A stretch of 62,387 bases of DNA, filler included, from 5 parts of 5 records of this genome joined end to end with filler, not necessarily neighbours in it, one strand, 5' to 3'. Positions 1-10,105 are shown, counted from the first letter of the whole stretch. Program-made: numbers and translations. The notes: a model not told the origin generated them from the letters alone.

Positions 1-426
1 ATAGGTGCCGTCGGTGAAGGACATATGCGGATGGTGCAGATCGCCGTTGTCATAGGTGACCTTGCCCTGTGCCGCGAGATACGCCTTGGTTTCCGGCAGC
101 AGACCTTCCGTCAGGATTTTGAGGGACTCGTTGGTCTGGCCCCAGCCGGTTGCCGAGCAGCGGTTGAAGACGGGAACACGCATCAGTTCGCGCATGGACG
201 GGAAACCGAGAATGCGCAACTCGCCGCTTTGGCCGGACGACCAGAAGCCGTAATATTCGTCGAGTTCACCCGGTGCGAGTTCGAACTTCTGTCCGTCTCC
301 CTGCGCATATGCAAGGTCTGCACCGCTGAGGGCGACTGCGCCCATACCGGCGACGATGGCGGTCTTGGCTGATCCGCCCAACAGATCCCGGCGGGATACG
401 CCGCGCTGTTCTTGAGTGTCCTTCAT
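1..426 (-). CDS. nosZ: Nitrous-oxide reductase NosZ, clade I (Tat-exported), 5' part; runs off the window edge
   Basis: Not in the ORF track. Manual translation from ATG 426 (AAGGAG RBS upstream) gives [18 protein letters not shown] (twin-arginine signal)...[51 protein letters not shown]...[16 protein letters not shown]. Lies directly downstream of nosR. Confidence 0.97.
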   Translation of the reverse strand, partial: MKDTQEQRGVSRRDLLGGSAKTAIVAGMGAVALSGADLAYAQGDGQKFELAPGELDEYYGFWSSGQSGELRILGFPSMRELMRVPVFNRCSATGWGQTNESLKILTEGLLPETKAYLAAQGKVTYDNGDLHHPHMSFTDGTY

Positions 427-456
427 GGCTGATCTCCTTAGGTTGCCTTTTGAAGG

Positions 457-2670
457 TTATTTGGCCGGCACCGGCGTTTCCGCCTTGGCTTTTGTGTCCG
501 GCTTGACGAGACCGGTCTGCACCTCGAACCGCCGTCTTTTCGCGAGCTTCTTGATGCAAACGGGACATTTCTGGTCGTGCTGATACAGAACCTGGCAGTG
601 CAGGCAGTTCAGGCACTCGTTGGGATTGATGTGGCCTTCGGGATGGATGGCCTGGACCATGCACTCCTTGGCGCAGCGGTTGCAGGGGTTGCCGCACTCG
701 CGGTACCGCTTCAGCCAGTCGAACATCCGCAGCCGTGCCGGGATCGCGAGGGCCGCGCCGAGCGGGCACAGATACCGGCAGTAGAACCGCTCGATGAACA
801 GGCCGGCTGCCAGCAGGGCCACCGCGAACAGGACGAAGGGCCAGGCGCGCTGGAACTTCAGGATGATGGCCGTCTTGAAGGGTTCAACCTCGGCATAGTG
901 TTCGGCCACATCGAGTGAATAGAGCGACAGTCCGAACAGACCCAGGAAGATGATGTATTTCACCGGCCACAGGCGCTCATGCAGACCCCACGGCACTTCG
1001 ATCTGCGGGATACGGCACAGCTTGGCGATACGGTTGGTCAGCTCCTGCAGGGCGCCGAAGGGGCACAGCCAGCCGCAATAGGCGCCGCGTCCCCAGAACA
1101 GAAGGGCAGCAGCCACGGAGAACCACAGCAGGAACACCAGCGGATCCATCAGGAAGGCGTCCCAGCTGAAGTCGCTCGTGAGGGCCGAAAAGAAGGCCAG
1201 CACGTTGACCACCGACAGCTGGGCGTTTTCCATCCAGCCGAGCCAGACCAGCGTGAAGGTGAGGAAGCCGATGCGGAACCAGAAGGTGAAACGCTCGTTG
1301 CGGGTTACCTGCATCTGGAAGAAGAACACCAGCGTGAGCACGGCGATGGCAGCGCCAAGGATCAGAACGTCGGTCTTGCGGTCATTCCAGATCCGTTTCC
1401 AGAGAGCCTGGACACCTGTGTCCTTTTCCGCGGCGGCTCCACTCGATTGACCCGAAGCCGCTGCAGGCGATGCGGCTGGTGCAACGGTCTTCAGATAGCT
1501 GTCGGGCAGGCGGTAGCCGAGATCGAATGTCAGGAACACCTTCTCGATTGGTCCGACCGGGCGCTGCACGAGCAGCTGCAGCCGGAATTCCCTGGCAGGA
1601 TCGAAGCCGGAGTCCGCCGGAATGATGAAGAGGTCCATTTCCGAAAAGGCCGGGGCACCGTCGGCGGCGATCGTGCCGACACGGTTGTGCTGGCGATCAT
1701 GGAAACGAACCGAGATATCGTCCTGGATAAGCTGGATCCGGTCGAAAATCCCGCCCCGTACATAACCAGACCCCTTGAAGGAATAGCGCCCCCGGCCGGC
1801 CACAAGAATGGCGTGGTCGCCGTCGTCAAGCCGTGCCATCAGGTTGGCATATTCCGCTTCGCCCAACAGCGACAGGCCGATTGACGGTACATCTGCAAGA
1901 GCGAGATAGAGGTCGATGAAGGTGTCGGTTTCCGGGCCTTTTTCGGGCCGTTTGACCGCACGTTTGTCACCCTGGCTCACAAAGGATTCGTTGATCTGCG
2001 CGACATCCAGGGAGAGGCGCCGTACCGAGCCATCACCGGTCAACGTCATCCAGTCACTGATGTCTTTCTTGCCGGTTTCGACTTCCCTTTGCGGGCCACT
2101 CTCCGCAACTTCGGACGCAAGACCACCCAGACCCAGGGTCCGTGCAACCTTCAGGCCCGAACGGATGATGGAATCGTCGATGACCATGATGGTCACGGTC
2201 GCGCCGGATATGATGTCGAGATCGTGTGCCGAGCCACCACTGGCGGCTTCCGCCTTCAGGTCGAGACCTGCATATCCTTCCGTGACCGCACGGATTTTCT
2301 TGTCCGGAATTCCGATCAGGACAATCGGTTCGGAGTGTTTGACCAGTCGGACACCCGTGATGACGGCGTCCTTGTCGACCCCGACAAGAGTGTGGATCGG
2401 TTTGCCGGAATAGCCCGTTGTGGAGACGAAATCCGAAGTCAGGTAAACCCAGCCGAGCGTGTCTTTGCCTTTCAGGGCAGGCACGACCGGAACATCGTTC
2501 TTCAGTGGGCCGAAAGTTTCGGCCCCCGGCACGAGTTCGCCCGGCGCTACCTTGTCGAGGTAATGCTGGACCAGCGCTTCATCTGCCTTGGCCGGTGTGT
2601 TTCCCACCAGACCCAGGGCAACAGAGATGCTCAGGAAGGCGAACAGAAAAATGTGACGGGGATGACCCAC
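457..2670 (-). CDS. nosR: NosR/NirI-family membrane flavoprotein/Fe-S protein
   Basis: 737 aa; GYSGKPI, FMN-attachment motif DIISGATVT, membrane region with YCGWLCPFG and FYCRYLCPLG, C-terminal ferredoxin-type Cys motifs; upstream of nosZ. Confidence 0.96.
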   Translation of the reverse strand: MGHPRHIFLFAFLSISVALGLVGNTPAKADEALVQHYLDKVAPGELVPGAETFGPLKNDVPVVPALKGKDTLGWVYLTSDFVSTTGYSGKPIHTLVGVDKDAVITGVRLVKHSEPIVLIGIPDKKIRAVTEGYAGLDLKAEAASGGSAHDLDIISGATVTIMVIDDSIIRSGLKVARTLGLGGLASEVAESGPQREVETGKKDISDWMTLTGDGSVRRLSLDVAQINESFVSQGDKRAVKRPEKGPETDTFIDLYLALADVPSIGLSLLGEAEYANLMARLDDGDHAILVAGRGRYSFKGSGYVRGGIFDRIQLIQDDISVRFHDRQHNRVGTIAADGAPAFSEMDLFIIPADSGFDPAREFRLQLLVQRPVGPIEKVFLTFDLGYRLPDSYLKTVAPAASPAAASGQSSGAAAEKDTGVQALWKRIWNDRKTDVLILGAAIAVLTLVFFFQMQVTRNERFTFWFRIGFLTFTLVWLGWMENAQLSVVNVLAFFSALTSDFSWDAFLMDPLVFLLWFSVAAALLFWGRGAYCGWLCPFGALQELTNRIAKLCRIPQIEVPWGLHERLWPVKYIIFLGLFGLSLYSLDVAEHYAEVEPFKTAIILKFQRAWPFVLFAVALLAAGLFIERFYCRYLCPLGAALAIPARLRMFDWLKRYRECGNPCNRCAKECMVQAIHPEGHINPNECLNCLHCQVLYQHDQKCPVCIKKLAKRRRFEVQTGLVKPDTKAKAETPVPAK

Positions 2671-2739
2671 GAGACGCGCTCCAAGAAGTCGTGTGTTTTC
2701 TCTTGGGGTTCGTTGTCGGCCTTTGCGGTGGTCGGGGCA

Positions 2740-2753
2740 TTGACGATAGTCAA
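2740..2753. promoter_or_regulatory. CRP/FNR-family (DNR/NNR/FNR-type) box upstream of nosR
   Basis: TTGACgataGTCAA, perfect 5-4-5 inverted repeat about 70 bp upstream of the nosR start. Confidence 0.85.
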
Positions 2754-2824
2754 ATGTGTGGAAATGATTTTGGGGACATCAAAAAAAAGGCGCCCACCTT
2801 TGGTGAACGCCTTGATAAATATGT

Positions 2825-4045
2825 TTATTTACGTATTCGAGGTGTTGTCAGGATCGGGAAATAGACCCCGACATACAAAGCGAAGGCCATGATCCACAAA
2901 CTGCCCGACAGCAGCATGGTTTCGAAGTAGCCGAGGGCGCTGAGCCCGAAACTTCGCACCAGCGCGGCGGCGATCAGAAGCACATAGGCGAGCACGATCG
3001 GCCTCGACACCTTCAACGGCAAACCCGCGTGACCGAGCGAGGCGCGCGTCATCATTGCAAGTGTCATGCTGCCGATTGCTCCGGCAGCAAGCAAATGCAG
3101 GGCAGCCGTTTCGGAGTATTCGCCGGTCAGTAAAGTCACACCGTAAACCAGGTATCCGGACCCAAGCAGCAGATAGGCGGCATGCAGGATCCAGAGGATC
3201 GGTTCCCTTCGCGCCGCCCAGCCTTGCCAACCGGCAAGACGTAATAGCGTGACCAGCCCGGCCGCCAGGCAAAGCCCACCACGCAACACTTCAGGCACAA
3301 ACGGCAGGAATGCGAGAGCTGTCAGCAGCACAAGCAGGATACCTGCCCGGTCCAGCCAGACACGCGACACGGGCAGGGACCCTTGATAGCCCGCCCGAAG
3401 CAGGGCGTTGCGCGTGAACGCCGGCACGACCCGGCCGCCGATAATCGCGATCATGGCCGTGCTGGTAAAAATCCCCATTCGAACGCCGGCCTGGGCGGTG
3501 TCGTCCGTCCAGCCGACCCACTCCAGATGCATCATCAGATTACCGGTAAGGAGAGCGGTCAGCAGGGCCAGGAACACCATGTTGCGGGCCTGGGATTTGC
3601 GAGCAAGGCGCCCGAGTACGGCAGTGGAGAGGACCGGGACAAAGGCAAGGTCCACCGCGGCAACGATCACCGGGTCGATGCTGTTGGAAAACCAGATGGC
3701 GACCCGTCCGGCAAGCCAGATCGTGCCACTGGCAATGACAAACAGCGAACCGGCTTCCTTCGTTCCGGTCCAGTTGGGCACCGCGGTCACGAAGAACCCC
3801 GCAATTACGGCAGCCGTATAGCCGAAAACCATTTCATGCGCGTGCCAGAGGTGCGGTGCCATGGCCATGGGTGTGGAGATAAAGGTGCCTCCGGCAGCGT
3901 GCACACCGAGCCAGACTGTCCAGGCGAGCATGGCAAATACCGAAAAAATGCCTGCGGAGAGGAAAAAGAACCTGAACCCGGCGGTCAACACTGTCGGGAT
4001 CCGGGTAGGGCTGCCCAATGCCCCAAAACGATGAGTTGCCATCAT
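2825..4045 (-). CDS. nnrS: NnrS-family membrane protein (NO stress response)
   Basis: GFRFFFL, WHAHEMVFG, TAVPNWTG, GGRVVPAFTRNAL, MMTRASLGHAG motifs; many TM segments. Confidence 0.95.
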   Translation of the reverse strand: MMATHRFGALGSPTRIPTVLTAGFRFFFLSAGIFSVFAMLAWTVWLGVHAAGGTFISTPMAMAPHLWHAHEMVFGYTAAVIAGFFVTAVPNWTGTKEAGSLFVIASGTIWLAGRVAIWFSNSIDPVIVAAVDLAFVPVLSTAVLGRLARKSQARNMVFLALLTALLTGNLMMHLEWVGWTDDTAQAGVRMGIFTSTAMIAIIGGRVVPAFTRNALLRAGYQGSLPVSRVWLDRAGILLVLLTALAFLPFVPEVLRGGLCLAAGLVTLLRLAGWQGWAARREPILWILHAAYLLLGSGYLVYGVTLLTGEYSETAALHLLAAGAIGSMTLAMMTRASLGHAGLPLKVSRPIVLAYVLLIAAALVRSFGLSALGYFETMLLSGSLWIMAFALYVGVYFPILTTPRIRK

Positions 4046-4153
4046 GAGCTTGCCTTTCAGGGTGTTTCTGCCGGCAGACCGGCAAATGCAGCTGAAGATG
4101 AAACAGGCCGAAGGGCCCTCGGCTCATGATCCCAAGACGGGTCTGCAAGTGTC

Positions 4154-4167
4154 TTGACCATCGTCAA
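4154..4167. promoter_or_regulatory. CRP/FNR-family box between divergent nnrS and nnrU
   Basis: cTTGACcatcGTCAAg inverted repeat. Confidence 0.85.
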
Positions 4168-4256
4168 GTCGGATTGGATTCATGACTATAAGAGTCATGT
4201 ATATCGACGGAGCTGCGAGGTTCCGGAAACGTGTTCCTGTAGAGAGCGCCTCTGCC

Positions 4257-4943
4257 ATGCTCAGCCTCAACTGGCTCAATTTTATCGCGGCCTTCCTTGT
4301 CTTCTTCGCCTCCCACATGGTTCTGGTCAGGCCGCCGATTCGTCCGCTTCTGGTCGCCTTCCTCTCACCGCGCGGGTTTTCACTCTGCTATTCGCTGCTT
4401 TCACTGGGGATCCTGTGGTGGTTGATTGTGGCAGCCCGTGATGCGCCATACGTTGCGCTTTGGCCCTGGGAGACCTGGCAGACCTATGTACCCGTATTGA
4501 TGATGCTGCCCGTCTGTCTGATCCTCGCCTTGGGGATCGGTGCACCAAACCCGTTCTCCTTCGGCGGGCGGCACAACAACCGGTTCGATCCCGAGCGTCC
4601 AGGCATCGTCGGCCTGATGCGTCACCCGATCCTGGTGGCTGTGTTTCTGTGGTCAGTGGCGCATGTTGTTCCGAACGGAGATCTGGCACACGTCATCCTG
4701 TTCGGAACGTTTGCGGTTTTCTCCCTGGCGGGCATGAAACTGATTGATCGGCGCAAACAAAGGGAAATGGGCAGTACCTGGAATTGCCTGCTTGCCGACA
4801 TGAAGCGTTCGTCCAGCGTGGCACCGGTCAACTGGCAAGCAATCCTTTTCAGGGCAACAGCAGGGTTTGTGCTCTACATTGTCCTGGCAGTTGCGCACCC
4901 CTTGTTTGCAGGTGTCGATCCCGTGGCAACGCTGATGCCGTAA
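4257..4943 (+). CDS. nnrU: NnrU-family membrane protein
   Basis: FFASH, YSLLSL, PNPFSFGG, GIVGLMRHP, WSVAHVVPNGDLAHVILFG motifs. Start set at ATG 4257; the ORF track extends it to 4182. Confidence 0.92.
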   Translation: MLSLNWLNFIAAFLVFFASHMVLVRPPIRPLLVAFLSPRGFSLCYSLLSLGILWWLIVAARDAPYVALWPWETWQTYVPVLMMLPVCLILALGIGAPNPFSFGGRHNNRFDPERPGIVGLMRHPILVAVFLWSVAHVVPNGDLAHVILFGTFAVFSLAGMKLIDRRKQREMGSTWNCLLADMKRSSSVAPVNWQAILFRATAGFVLYIVLAVAHPLFAGVDPVATLMP

Positions 4944-4954
4944 GGCTGCGGTCT

Positions 4955-5341
4955 TCAGGTCTTGCCGGAAATTCTGGCCAATTCCGTCAGCCGCCGGGCA
5001 CACCGATCCGCCATATCCGCCAGAAACTTGAGGCTTTCGGCATGATCGACCATCTCCTGCGGTGACAGCGGCTTGCGGCTGAGGAGCGCCAGGTCGCTCA
5101 GAAAGGATATGCCGGACGTCATCTGTGCATACTCGGTCTCGATATTGCCGGTCAGGTCCCTCTGCAGCTTGAGGGTTCGCCAGGTTTCTATGGCGACGAT
5201 CGTCCGGTCCAGTTGTTCCTTGCACGTACAGGGCATGTCCAGGCGTTGCAGTTCACGGTGGATCTGCTCGATGACATCCGGAAATGGTTCGCTTCGCGCT
5301 TCGGTGCCCGGTCTCAGGCCGGGAGTGTCGCTGTCTTCCAT
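4955..5341 (-). CDS. Hypothetical helical protein (128 aa, CxC motif) at the end of the ubiTUV operon
   Basis: Overlaps the 3' end of ubiV on the same strand, preceded by AGGAG; no recognised family. Confidence 0.6.
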   Translation of the reverse strand: MEDSDTPGLRPGTEARSEPFPDVIEQIHRELQRLDMPCTCKEQLDRTIVAIETWRTLKLQRDLTGNIETEYAQMTSGISFLSDLALLSRKPLSPQEMVDHAESLKFLADMADRCARRLTELARISGKT

Positions 5342-6225
5342 CCTGCATCTCCTGCGAGATAGGCGTTGCAGACAGGGCCGGGCAGGCCTTGGCCTGCGAG
5401 CTCTGCAATCAAGTCTTCACATGTCAGCCCGCCATCCAGAAAACGCCTGAATGTGCCGGCGACCTTCACCATGTCCAGCGAATGAGGAGACAGGCGTAGC
5501 CGGCGGATACCCGTTGCCTGCAATTGTCCGCTGGTTACGCCCGCAACATGAACGGCATCCGACAGGGTCTGAATTCCGTTTGCCGCCAGGAACCTGCGAT
5601 CGTCCAGTGTGGCGATGTTCATTCCGTCCGGGTCGCGATCACAGACAAACTGACAGGCGTCCTTGCGCAGCCCATGTGCCCTTGCATGGTAACAACGGGA
5701 CGAGAGTGCGAGTGGAAGCCTGCCGAACGCAAAGAGTTCAATGTCCACCTCCGGCACGAGCGCGGAGATTTTCTGGATCGAAACAAGAGGCAGTTCGACC
5801 GGAGGGCACCAGGCCGTGGCTCCTCTGTCGGCAAGCAGTCTGAGGCTGGCTTCGTTGTAGACATTCAGAAACGGACCTGCCGTGAATTCCTGGCCAGCGC
5901 GGCCCGGGACCATCGACAGATCGTTGATCTCGATCGGCATGTCATAACCGGCCTGCTGGCGCAGGATCTCCCGTTCCCGTTTGTTGACGGGTTGCGCAAG
6001 CCCGGACAGGACCACATGTTTACCGGCCTTGGTCAGCATCTCCATGATGTCCGGCCAGATCGCATCGGTGAACGGCATGCGCTTGCCGCACACGACTTCA
6101 CCCAGATACACGCGGTCGATGTCCGCTTCCTCGGCGATGCCGCGGTAGAAGTCGACAAGCCGCTCTGCAGACCAGTTGAAGAAACAGGGCCCGAGCGCAA
6201 GTTCAATTTTCGGATGATCCGGCAT
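5314..6225 (-). CDS. ubiV: O2-independent ubiquinone hydroxylase subunit UbiV (U32 family)
   Basis: LGP..FNW, VYLGEVVCGKR, FGRLPLALSSRCYHARAHG..KDACQFVC, NGIQTLS, LRLSP. Confidence 0.95.
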   Translation of the reverse strand: MPDHPKIELALGPCFFNWSAERLVDFYRGIAEEADIDRVYLGEVVCGKRMPFTDAIWPDIMEMLTKAGKHVVLSGLAQPVNKREREILRQQAGYDMPIEINDLSMVPGRAGQEFTAGPFLNVYNEASLRLLADRGATAWCPPVELPLVSIQKISALVPEVDIELFAFGRLPLALSSRCYHARAHGLRKDACQFVCDRDPDGMNIATLDDRRFLAANGIQTLSDAVHVAGVTSGQLQATGIRRLRLSPHSLDMVKVAGTFRRFLDGGLTCEDLIAELAGQGLPGPVCNAYLAGDAGWKTATLPA

Positions 6226-6228
6226 CTA

Positions 6229-7239
6229 TTATCGCCATGTTTTCTTGTAGGAGCCTGCGGTCTGACGACCGCCTTCCGAAAAGGCCTTCAAGGCGCCGAT
6301 GGCCGGGCCGGGGTCACCGCCGTCTGAAAGACTGTCGACAGCCTTCCGGAACGCGCCGACGACGCCCGCGATATAGGCCTTGCCGCGTTGGCGACCTTCG
6401 ATTTTCAGCGCTGTGACACCCGCCTTGGAAAGGTCTCCGAGAAGCTCGAAGGCATTGAGGGAAACCGGGTCCTCGAACAGGTAGCCGGTCTTGCCTTCCA
6501 CGGTGAACTGGCCCTTGCAGAGCGTCGGATAACCGGCTGCCTGGCCTTGCTCGAAACTGTCGATTGTGAACCCGCCGAGCCGGGCCTGAAGTTTGCCGTC
6601 GGCGTTTTCGGTGTAGTCGACATGTTCCGGTGGCGAACACACGCCGGTCAGGTTCGGCGACTTGCCCGTGGCGTAGGAGGAAAGCGAACATCTGCCCTCT
6701 GTCATCACGCAGAGCCCGCCGAAAACGAAGACCTCGGTTTCAACGTCGATTTCCTTGTTCAGACTTGCTATTTCAGGCACCGACAGCACCCTGGGCAGGA
6801 CGACGCGCTTCACCCCGAAAGTGTCCGTATAGAACCGGATCGCCTCGGGCGTGTTGGCGGCCGCCTGCACGGACAGATGAAGCCTCAGGGCAGGATGGTT
6901 GCTTGCCGCATGATCGAGAACGGCAAGATCTGCGGCTATGACGGCGTCGGCCCTGCATTGCGCAGCCGTATCGACAGCCTCTCGCCACAGACCGACATCG
7001 CCCGCCCGAGCAAACGTGTTGATCGCGACCAGCACCCTGGACCCCTTGCGGTGGGCAAAGGCAACACTCTCCGCCAACTCTTCCGGCGAGAAGTTCAGCC
7101 CGGGAAAGTTGCGCGCGTTGGTCTCGTTCGCAAGGCCGCAATAGATCGCGTCGGCACCGGCTTCAGCTGCTGCGCGTAATGCAGCGGGTGTTCCCGCCGG
7201 GCAAACCAGTTCCATAGGCTTTGCTTCAGGTGATTTCAT
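6229..7239 (-). CDS. ubiU: O2-independent ubiquinone hydroxylase subunit UbiU (U32 family)
   Basis: MELVCPAG, TNARNFPGLNF, FGGLCVMTEGRCSLSSYATGKSPN..GVCSP, GYPTLCKG, LKIEGRQR. Confidence 0.96.
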   Translation of the reverse strand: MKSPEAKPMELVCPAGTPAALRAAAEAGADAIYCGLANETNARNFPGLNFSPEELAESVAFAHRKGSRVLVAINTFARAGDVGLWREAVDTAAQCRADAVIAADLAVLDHAASNHPALRLHLSVQAAANTPEAIRFYTDTFGVKRVVLPRVLSVPEIASLNKEIDVETEVFVFGGLCVMTEGRCSLSSYATGKSPNLTGVCSPPEHVDYTENADGKLQARLGGFTIDSFEQGQAAGYPTLCKGQFTVEGKTGYLFEDPVSLNAFELLGDLSKAGVTALKIEGRQRGKAYIAGVVGAFRKAVDSLSDGGDPGPAIGALKAFSEGGRQTAGSYKKTWR

Positions 7240-7793
7240 GAGAGTTTCTGCCGGGAACAGTCAGCCTGGGCGGATTTTTGCGCAAAGGCACGAACCTGGC
7301 CCAGCAGTTTGTCGCTGATGGTGTTCACCCAGTCGGCCGATTGTCCGCTCAGGCCGAAGAATTCGCCCGGGGTGAGATCTGCCTCTTCCAGCGTGTTGCG
7401 CAGGGCCAATACGTGCTCTGTCCTGCCTTCGATACGAAGATCACGGCTGAAGAACAGGGCATCGCCATCATAGGTGCCGTCCAGCAGTCCCAGCAGCACC
7501 AGAAAGGGAGCGCGCACGATCGCCCGAGCATCGCCGATCCGGCTCTTGTCACAGATCCGGACCCTCGAGTTGTCCGGATCCAGTGACAGAAGAAAGGCGT
7601 GGGGCAAATCGTCCGGAACGATCGCGATCGGCACCTGGACAACGTCGCCGAGCCTGCGGATCAGATCCGGACGGCGTGCGACGAGGCGTTTGGTGAGGGT
7701 CGACAACAGCGCTTCCATTGGAGGTTTCGGAAGGGGCGAAACAAGGGAGGAAACGAGTGGTGGCAGGCTTTCCGAAGAGGGGTGTGTTTGCAT
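7236..7793 (-). CDS. ubiT: UbiT, SCP2 lipid-binding accessory factor
   Basis: SCP2-type DGDALFFSRDLRIEGRTEHVLALRNTLE; its stop overlaps the ubiU start (ATGA). Confidence 0.92.
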   Translation of the reverse strand: MQTHPSSESLPPLVSSLVSPLPKPPMEALLSTLTKRLVARRPDLIRRLGDVVQVPIAIVPDDLPHAFLLSLDPDNSRVRICDKSRIGDARAIVRAPFLVLLGLLDGTYDGDALFFSRDLRIEGRTEHVLALRNTLEEADLTPGEFFGLSGQSADWVNTISDKLLGQVRAFAQKSAQADCSRQKLS

Positions 7794-7846
7794 CCGGATC
7801 TCACTTTCTGTGAGCGGAGCCTAGACCGGCATCGCCCCTTGCCAAC

Positions 7847-7860
7847 TTGACAATTATCAA
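7847..7860. promoter_or_regulatory. CRP/FNR-family box between divergent ubiT and ubiD
   Basis: cTTGACaattATCAAg, a hybrid of the TTGAC and canonical FNR ATCAA half-sites. Confidence 0.85.
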
Positions 7861-7942
7861 GGCGGGCATCGGTCGTTCTGCCGATATCGCCGGACACTCT
7901 GAGCAGCGTGTTGCCACACGCGCATGTCTTGCTGGAACCACG

Positions 7943-9457
7943 ATGCAAAAGACCGGTCGCGACCTGCCTCCCTTTCCCAACTTGCGGAAATTCCTGGATT
8001 TTCTGGGTCGTGAAGACGATCTGAAGACCCTGAGCACCCCCGTGGATGTTCATCTTGAAGCGACCGCGTTGCATCAGAAGGTGATCGGGAGTGCCGGTCC
8101 CGCGGTCCTCGTTTCCAATCCAGTCCGGGCAGACCGGGGCGGTTTTGCCGCACCCCTTCTGATCAATCTCTTCGGCACCTCGAAGCGCGTTGCGAACGGA
8201 CTGGGTCTTCACCCCGAAAACCTGCCCGACCTCGGACAGTTTCTGGCCAGCTTGCGCAGTCCGCAGCCGCCCGCTTCCTGGCGAGAGGCTGGAACCCTGA
8301 TCCCGATGGCAAAGGCAGGGCTTAATTCAAGGCCGAAGATGACTGGCGTTCCCAAGGAACTCCAGCGGGTTGAGCCGGATGTTTCGCAGCTTCCGGTCCA
8401 GACCTGCTGGCCGGGCGATGCGGGACCACTGATCACCTGGGGAATGGTCGTCACCCGTAGCCCCGGCAGGGACGACCCCAGGAGCTACAATCTCGGCATC
8501 TACCGGATCCAGGTGCTGGACAAGGACAGGGCAATCTTGCGTTGGCTGCCGTTTCGCGGCGGTGCCCAGCATTACCGCCAGTGGCAGCAGTCAGGCGAGG
8601 CAATGCCTGTTGCCGTGGTAATCGGCTGTGATCCGGCAACCTTGCTGGCGTCTGTTATCCCGGCTCCGGCAAACGTGAGTGAACTGGCGCTGGCCGGCAT
8701 CTTCAACGGTACGCCATCAAAGCTCGCTCCCTGCGATACGATCGATCTTCATGTCCCGGCGAGTTCCGAGATTGTCCTGGAAGGGGAAGTCCAGCCGGGA
8801 GAGACGGCGCTGGAAGGACCTTTCGGCGATCACACCGGTTACTACAACGAAGCCGCCGATTATCCTGTGTTCCGGCTGAAGGCCATGAAGATGCGCTGGG
8901 ACTCCGTCTATCTGTCGACCTTCACAGGCAGGGCACCCGACGAACCCTCTGTTATCGGCGAGGCCATGACGGATCTCTTCCGTCCGCTGCTGCAACAGGC
9001 AATTCCGGAAATTGTCGATGTCCATCTGCCCCCTGCGACCTGTTCCTACAGAGTGGCGATCCTTCAGATCGCCAAGACCTATCCCGGTCAGGCACGGAGG
9101 GCGATGATGGGTTTCTGGTCGCTCTTGCCGCAGTTTTCGATGACCAAATACGTGATCGTTGTCGATCAGGACATCGACATTCGGAACTGGGACGATGTCA
9201 TGTGGGCTGTCGCGACACGGTCCGACCCGGAGCGCGACCTGCTCGTCCTGACCGGCACACCGGTCGATCAACTGGACTTTGCCAGCCCGCGCGAGGGACT
9301 GGGTGGCAAGCTCGGCATTGATGCGACGATCAAGATTGGCGCAGAGACGGCACGTACGTTTGCGGAGAAACTGACCATGCCGGCGGAGATGGAAACGCGT
9401 GCTGACAGCCTCTTCGCGCAGCTGTGCCGGAGACCCGCGGTCGAGGTGCACCCATGA
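7943..9457 (+). CDS. ubiD: UbiD-family prFMN-dependent decarboxylase (3-polyprenyl-4-hydroxybenzoate decarboxylase)
   Basis: NLFGT, TCWPGDAGPLITWG, NLGIYR, EIVLEG, EGPFGDHTGYYN, DFASP..GLGGKLGIDAT. Start set at ATG 7943. Confidence 0.93.
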   Translation: MQKTGRDLPPFPNLRKFLDFLGREDDLKTLSTPVDVHLEATALHQKVIGSAGPAVLVSNPVRADRGGFAAPLLINLFGTSKRVANGLGLHPENLPDLGQFLASLRSPQPPASWREAGTLIPMAKAGLNSRPKMTGVPKELQRVEPDVSQLPVQTCWPGDAGPLITWGMVVTRSPGRDDPRSYNLGIYRIQVLDKDRAILRWLPFRGGAQHYRQWQQSGEAMPVAVVIGCDPATLLASVIPAPANVSELALAGIFNGTPSKLAPCDTIDLHVPASSEIVLEGEVQPGETALEGPFGDHTGYYNEAADYPVFRLKAMKMRWDSVYLSTFTGRAPDEPSVIGEAMTDLFRPLLQQAIPEIVDVHLPPATCSYRVAILQIAKTYPGQARRAMMGFWSLLPQFSMTKYVIVVDQDIDIRNWDDVMWAVATRSDPERDLLVLTGTPVDQLDFASPREGLGGKLGIDATIKIGAETARTFAEKLTMPAEMETRADSLFAQLCRRPAVEVHP

Positions 9458-10035
9458 GCCGGCGCAAACGACTTGTCGTCGGCATTTCAGGGGCATCGGG
9501 TGCGGCAATTGCCCTTGAAATTCTGCGGTTGTGCAAGGCACTCAGGCTCGACACCTTCACCACGGTGAGCGCTGCGGCGGAACGGACGATACAGCTTGAG
9601 TTGGGCGATGCGGCCCGCCGGGAAATCCACGATCTCGCGGCGCAGGAATATGCCGCTTCGGATGTCGCCGCACCCATATCCAGCGGATCCTTTCAGGTGG
9701 ATGCCATGATCGTTGCGCCCTGTTCCATGCGCAGCCTCGCTGCCATCGCCTACGGCACGGGGGAGGGACTGCAGGCGCGCGCTGCAGATGTCACCTTGAA
9801 GGAACGCAGGCCGCTTGTCCTGCTGGCACGTGAAGTCCCGCTCCACGAAGGGCACCTGGAGGCAATGCTCAAGGTTACCCGCATGGGTGCGATCGTCGCA
9901 CCGCCGGTGCCTCCGTTTTATCTGGGCCTTTCAACGATAGAGGAAATGACCCGGCAGATTGCTGCCCGCGCGCTCGCAACGGCGGGGATCGATCCGGGAG
10001 ACAGCCTGCGGCGTTGGACTGGTGAACCAGCCTGA
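9454..10035 (+). CDS. ubiX: Flavin prenyltransferase UbiX
   Basis: VVGISGASGA, APISSGSF, APCSMRSLAAIA, RAADVTLKERRPLVL..RE.P; ATGA overlap with ubiD. Confidence 0.94.
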   Translation: MSRRKRLVVGISGASGAAIALEILRLCKALRLDTFTTVSAAAERTIQLELGDAARREIHDLAAQEYAASDVAAPISSGSFQVDAMIVAPCSMRSLAAIAYGTGEGLQARAADVTLKERRPLVLLAREVPLHEGHLEAMLKVTRMGAIVAPPVPPFYLGLSTIEEMTRQIAARALATAGIDPGDSLRRWTGEPA

Positions 10036-10105
10036 AATTAGATCTCCGGCAGCCCTTTGCCGGTCGATCTGTGATCTTTCGCCGCGACCGGGCCCCCTGT
10101 CAGAC

